Positions 60,370-64,000 of a stretch of DNA of 64,000 bases are shown piece by piece. A program made the position numbers and the translations under genes. Origin of the DNA: Selaginella moellendorffii (Eukaryota > Plantae > Lycopodiophyta); the NCBI RefSeq assembly GCF_000143415.4, contig NW_003314317.1, positions 602,296-666,295 on the forward strand. Direction: 5' to 3'. The notes beneath the pieces are model-generated. The model saw only the letters and a list, made by a program, of their open reading frames with translations. It did no database searches and had not been told where the DNA came from. Position 1 is the stretch's first letter; each line of letters opens with the position of its first letter.

Positions 60370-61100
60370 GTGTTTATCCATGTTTACTTGGATCTAAAGC
60401 CAAACTCCATAGTGTCAGACTTTATTTGGCTTCATTTTGTGTGTTAATCTTGGCATTGGATATAATATGCTCTAGGATTATTCTTTTGTCGCTCTATGCT
60501 TTTGTCCTTTTGCTCTTTGGGTTGAATGCTTAAAAGTCACTTTGTATTCCAGTTCCTTTGCTCCTTGGCTACATGCTTGGGGGTTTGGCTTTATCACTTT
60601 ATTCAGTGGCTCAAAGCCTTAAAACTTATGTTCTACTCCATTGCCCTTGGCATGTAGCCAAAAGTTAATGTTTTATTTCGTGGTTATCCTATAGTAAATC
60701 ATTATAGGATAAATAGTGAAAACCATATATGTTATAGTCAGCAGAGTTTAAATTTTGCATTAAAACATGTAGAATATATAATTTTCACCCTCTACCCTAT
60801 GGTGATTTACGATTTACCATAGGATAATCACGGAGTAGAACCATATACCTTGGATATGTGGCCAAAGGCAGTGGAGTGGAACCCAAGTGTCAAGGCCTTT
60901 GGACACTAAACAAAGGGACATAGCCAAACTCCTAAGCATACAACCAAGGAGTGAAGAAATTAAATCACGAAATGACTCATGAAGGTACAACTTAGAGAGC
61001 AAAGGGACAAAAGCATAAAGTGATATTAGAACAGTTCTAGAACATTTAATATACCAATGATAAGACCAGCATAAGACCCATATCATTACATTAGGCCACT
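60370..61100. repeat. Long imperfect inverted repeat (arms ~60370-60710 and ~60795-61100); one arm also related to 19070-19270
   Basis: e.g. atgcttttgtccttttgctct (60496) vs agagcaaagggacaaaagcat; cgtggttatcctatagtaaatc (60678) vs gatttaccataggataatcacg (60811). Outer limits approximate. Confidence 0.8.
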
Positions 61101-62384
61101 AGTATGCTGAAGTAGTGTTAAACATTATTTGGCTCCATTTTATGTACTAGCTAACATGGTATGAAACTTATGTTAAGGTTTGGCACTTTAATCCTTTTCC
61201 TTTTTGTGGCTTTGCTCATGTCCTAAGCTCTCTCTCCATGCTCTAGCTTAAGACACAAAGCGTAGAACCCCTTGATATTTTTGCTTTTGCGGGGTTTTAA
61301 TACAACCATTTGGAATATTTCAAGAATCAAAATATTCCCTCTCTCTCTCTCAAGATGCCCATGGCTGCAACAATTGGGCTTAAACCCAAGCCAAACATAA
61401 AATAAGGGCAAGTATATAAGCAAGGAGCTAGAACTCAAGCAACTTCTCTTGCATTTGTTGTTGTTGCTAAATGATCTCCTTATATCTTGCAAGCTTCAAC
61501 AACACCTTCTCAATAATTAAGGGAATTATATCATCACTATATACGGCTAAAGAAGAATGGACCATAGTAGCATATAAGCTCCTATCAAAAGATGGGAGAA
61601 AAACCTCCTCTACCATATAAATCTTAAGCTCTTAGAAAAGATCCCACTCTAAAGTTTCTATTATAGTGAATGCCTTATGATATGTTTAAAACTCTCACTT
61701 GAACATCTTGGGCTGGAGATTTCCCTTGAGGCTAAAGATGACTGCAATGATGCTATGAGGTTCATTTGTGATGACCTTATGCTAGACACACTCTTTCCAA
61801 TAAGACCTAAACAACATCACGTACTCTAGCATAAATTCCCGTGCCCCTTGCCAAAAAGTGAACAAGTTCATAAGTAAGCGATTCATTCGTCGCTACTAAT
61901 CAAAGTCACCTTGAAAAGATGCTTTGAATGTGGAGTAGTCAGACATGTCTACCTCCAAGAGAGTCTCTACCCATGCTACTCCTCGGCTAGTGAGCAATCA
62001 CAAGAAGTCACAAAACTTGTGATTATCCTTGACAATGCCATTCAATTCACAATATTGCTTGAAGTGACATATACCTTGGTGGAGATGTCACCATTATCAT
62101 AGAAGTATGCCAAGTTAGTGCTTTGTTGTGGCATATGTATAGGAAGAGCCATGGGCAGTAAACTCCCTAACTCGGCATTTATGATGAACAATGAATCCTC
62201 CTCTTTGGAAAGATATTCAAATGAGCTGGGTTGCAAGTTGAGTTAATTGTGTTCTAGACAAGATTGTTTAGTACAGGTTGAGCTTTGATTTTTTCCTAAA
62301 AAGTGATTTAGTTGTGGACAATGTTAACTCTACAAGAGGAAGAGTTGGTGATCAATATTGGAGTGTTTGAATCTCCAATAACAT

Positions 62385-64000
62385 AAAGTTACAACCCAAG
62401 CATCAACACTATTTACATTGAGATTAATGAAACTCAATATCAATCCCATGGAAAGACATTTCATCCCACTTGAATCTCAACAATAATAATGTCAACGGCA
62501 AGACATCACTTCAATGCCATCAACACCAGAACAAAACTAAAAGAAAGCAAGAGTGAATCACCACCAAAAACTTTTTAACAACCAAGCTAACCAAAGTCAA
62601 AGATACCTTGGTTAGTATCTGAGACCAACCTTTAACAAACTCAGTTACAGATAACACATCATCAAGGAGTGATTCACCATATCCAAGACTCAATGAAATC
62701 TAACACTACAGACTAAACACAACCAAAATGACATTGACAAAGGAATTGATTTGTTCACATGGAAACCATGTAAGTCTAATGACACGATCCTCCGCAACAC
62801 CATCTGGTAAAGTAAGTCTATCATTGCTAAATCATCATCGAGCGAAGTGTCAATAGTCTTTGATGAAATCTACAAGCAATCATTAGTTGCAAAGCAACTA
62901 GCAATCACTCTTCAATTTGCCTTTCACAAGACCTAAACACTAAACTTACGTTATCAAGTCATATACTTGTCCAATATAAACGTAATACCAGGTATGAGAT
63001 AAAGGTTTATGGACAAGCATAAACTAAATAACCACTCAAATCTAACTCTACCACAATAAGCTCACCAACACGTTTAGTCAATAGCTCTAAGCATGCCTTG
63101 AAGAGGCTAGTTATGCATGATCAACACTTAGTCAAAATTAAAGTGAAGACTATGAGATGGACTCATATTGGTACACAACCTCCTCATAAACAAAACTATA
63201 GTATGGGTACCAACATCTCAACCTCAAACAACTAAGTTGGCCATCACCATCCTCAACTAAGGCGCAAAGCTACCAAGACCAAGTCAAGATCAGTGAAAGT
63301 TCACTACTCTTATAGAGTTTAATGAAATGCAAAGTGCAAGTTGCTACTAAGCAAAATACTATAAAAGAAAGGCATAAGGGCTACCTTTCTAGAAAAGTGC
63401 AACGGCCACTTTTCTACACCAACTCCAGACTTTATCCAACTCAATTGCTTTTAACCTCAAAAGTCAGCATCCCTTTTGAGCTGCATTATACAAACTACTT
63501 ACTAAGATCTAAGCTAACTAAAATCAATTCCAACCCTTTCACTAGTTTATACTGGCTTAAGAAAACTGAAAGGTTTTCAAGCAAAATAATCAACAAATCA
63601 GCCATTGGAAAAGTCAGAGAAAATTTGTGGAAATTTTCCATCCTAGAGAAATAATGACTCTCAGTCTAGGAATGCAAACTTTCAAGACTCAATCAACTTC
63701 ATCCTATTTACAACTTCACATAGGTTCACCTCAACACAAATTTTCATGACCCAGCAGTATGTTAAGCATCGAACATCTTTGCTCATTTTCCAACATCCAA
63801 CACCAACATCCACAAAATGCAAATTGAATATCTAAGGCTTGATCACGAAGACCACATCTTCAGATATCTACATTGCACTAACACTCTTCTTCAACCACTT
63901 TCAAGATCTAACATGAAGCCAAAACATTAATAAGAAAAATGACATATCAAGGTCTAAGGAAAATCCCTCATCACTCAAAATAACAATACTAGTTCCACTA
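62385..64000. repeat. Second copy of the unclassified decayed repeat at ~16000-17570
   Basis: Collinear similarity throughout; runs off the window end. Confidence 0.85.

Overview
Eukaryotic land-plant genomic DNA, not prokaryotic. The 50-60 nt GT-AG introns, very tight gene packing, TTTAGGG repeats and typical plant genes suggest a compact non-seed-plant genome such as the lycophyte Selaginella (inference). Layout: (1) 1-10.5 kb is an unclassified, partly tandem-duplicated element. It carries a 10-exon, ~1618-codon gene that reads as a ParB/Srx-like domain, a catalytically degenerate beta-class N6/N4 DNA-methyltransferase fold, an acidic/Pro-rich linker and an FCP1/NIF-type HAD phosphatase. 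The gene is broken only by six in-frame stops and the element is studded with about 12 copies of a 22-bp palindrome. (2) 10.6-21.3 kb holds decayed LTR remnants, a CTCGGA-based satellite, unclassified repeats and an N gap. (3) 21.4-31.7 kb is a scrambled local duplication containing divergent proteasome-beta-like genes preceded by sirtuin-derived exons, plus an orphan gene family. (4) 34-50.2 kb is a conserved gene island: thioredoxin h, nucleotide-sugar transporter, cystathionine gamma-synthase, plastid GrpE, SUT2-type sucrose transporter, MIF/D-DT-like, Whirly, and an intronless (4-helix-bundle + kinase)x2 + Ig/PH tandem-kinase gene. (5) 50.5-64 kb holds captured gene fragments, a full-length decayed chromovirus with an apparent self-priming PBS nested in an older LTR, a long inverted repeat and further repeats. 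All domain calls come from motif recognition by eye; no database search was run.
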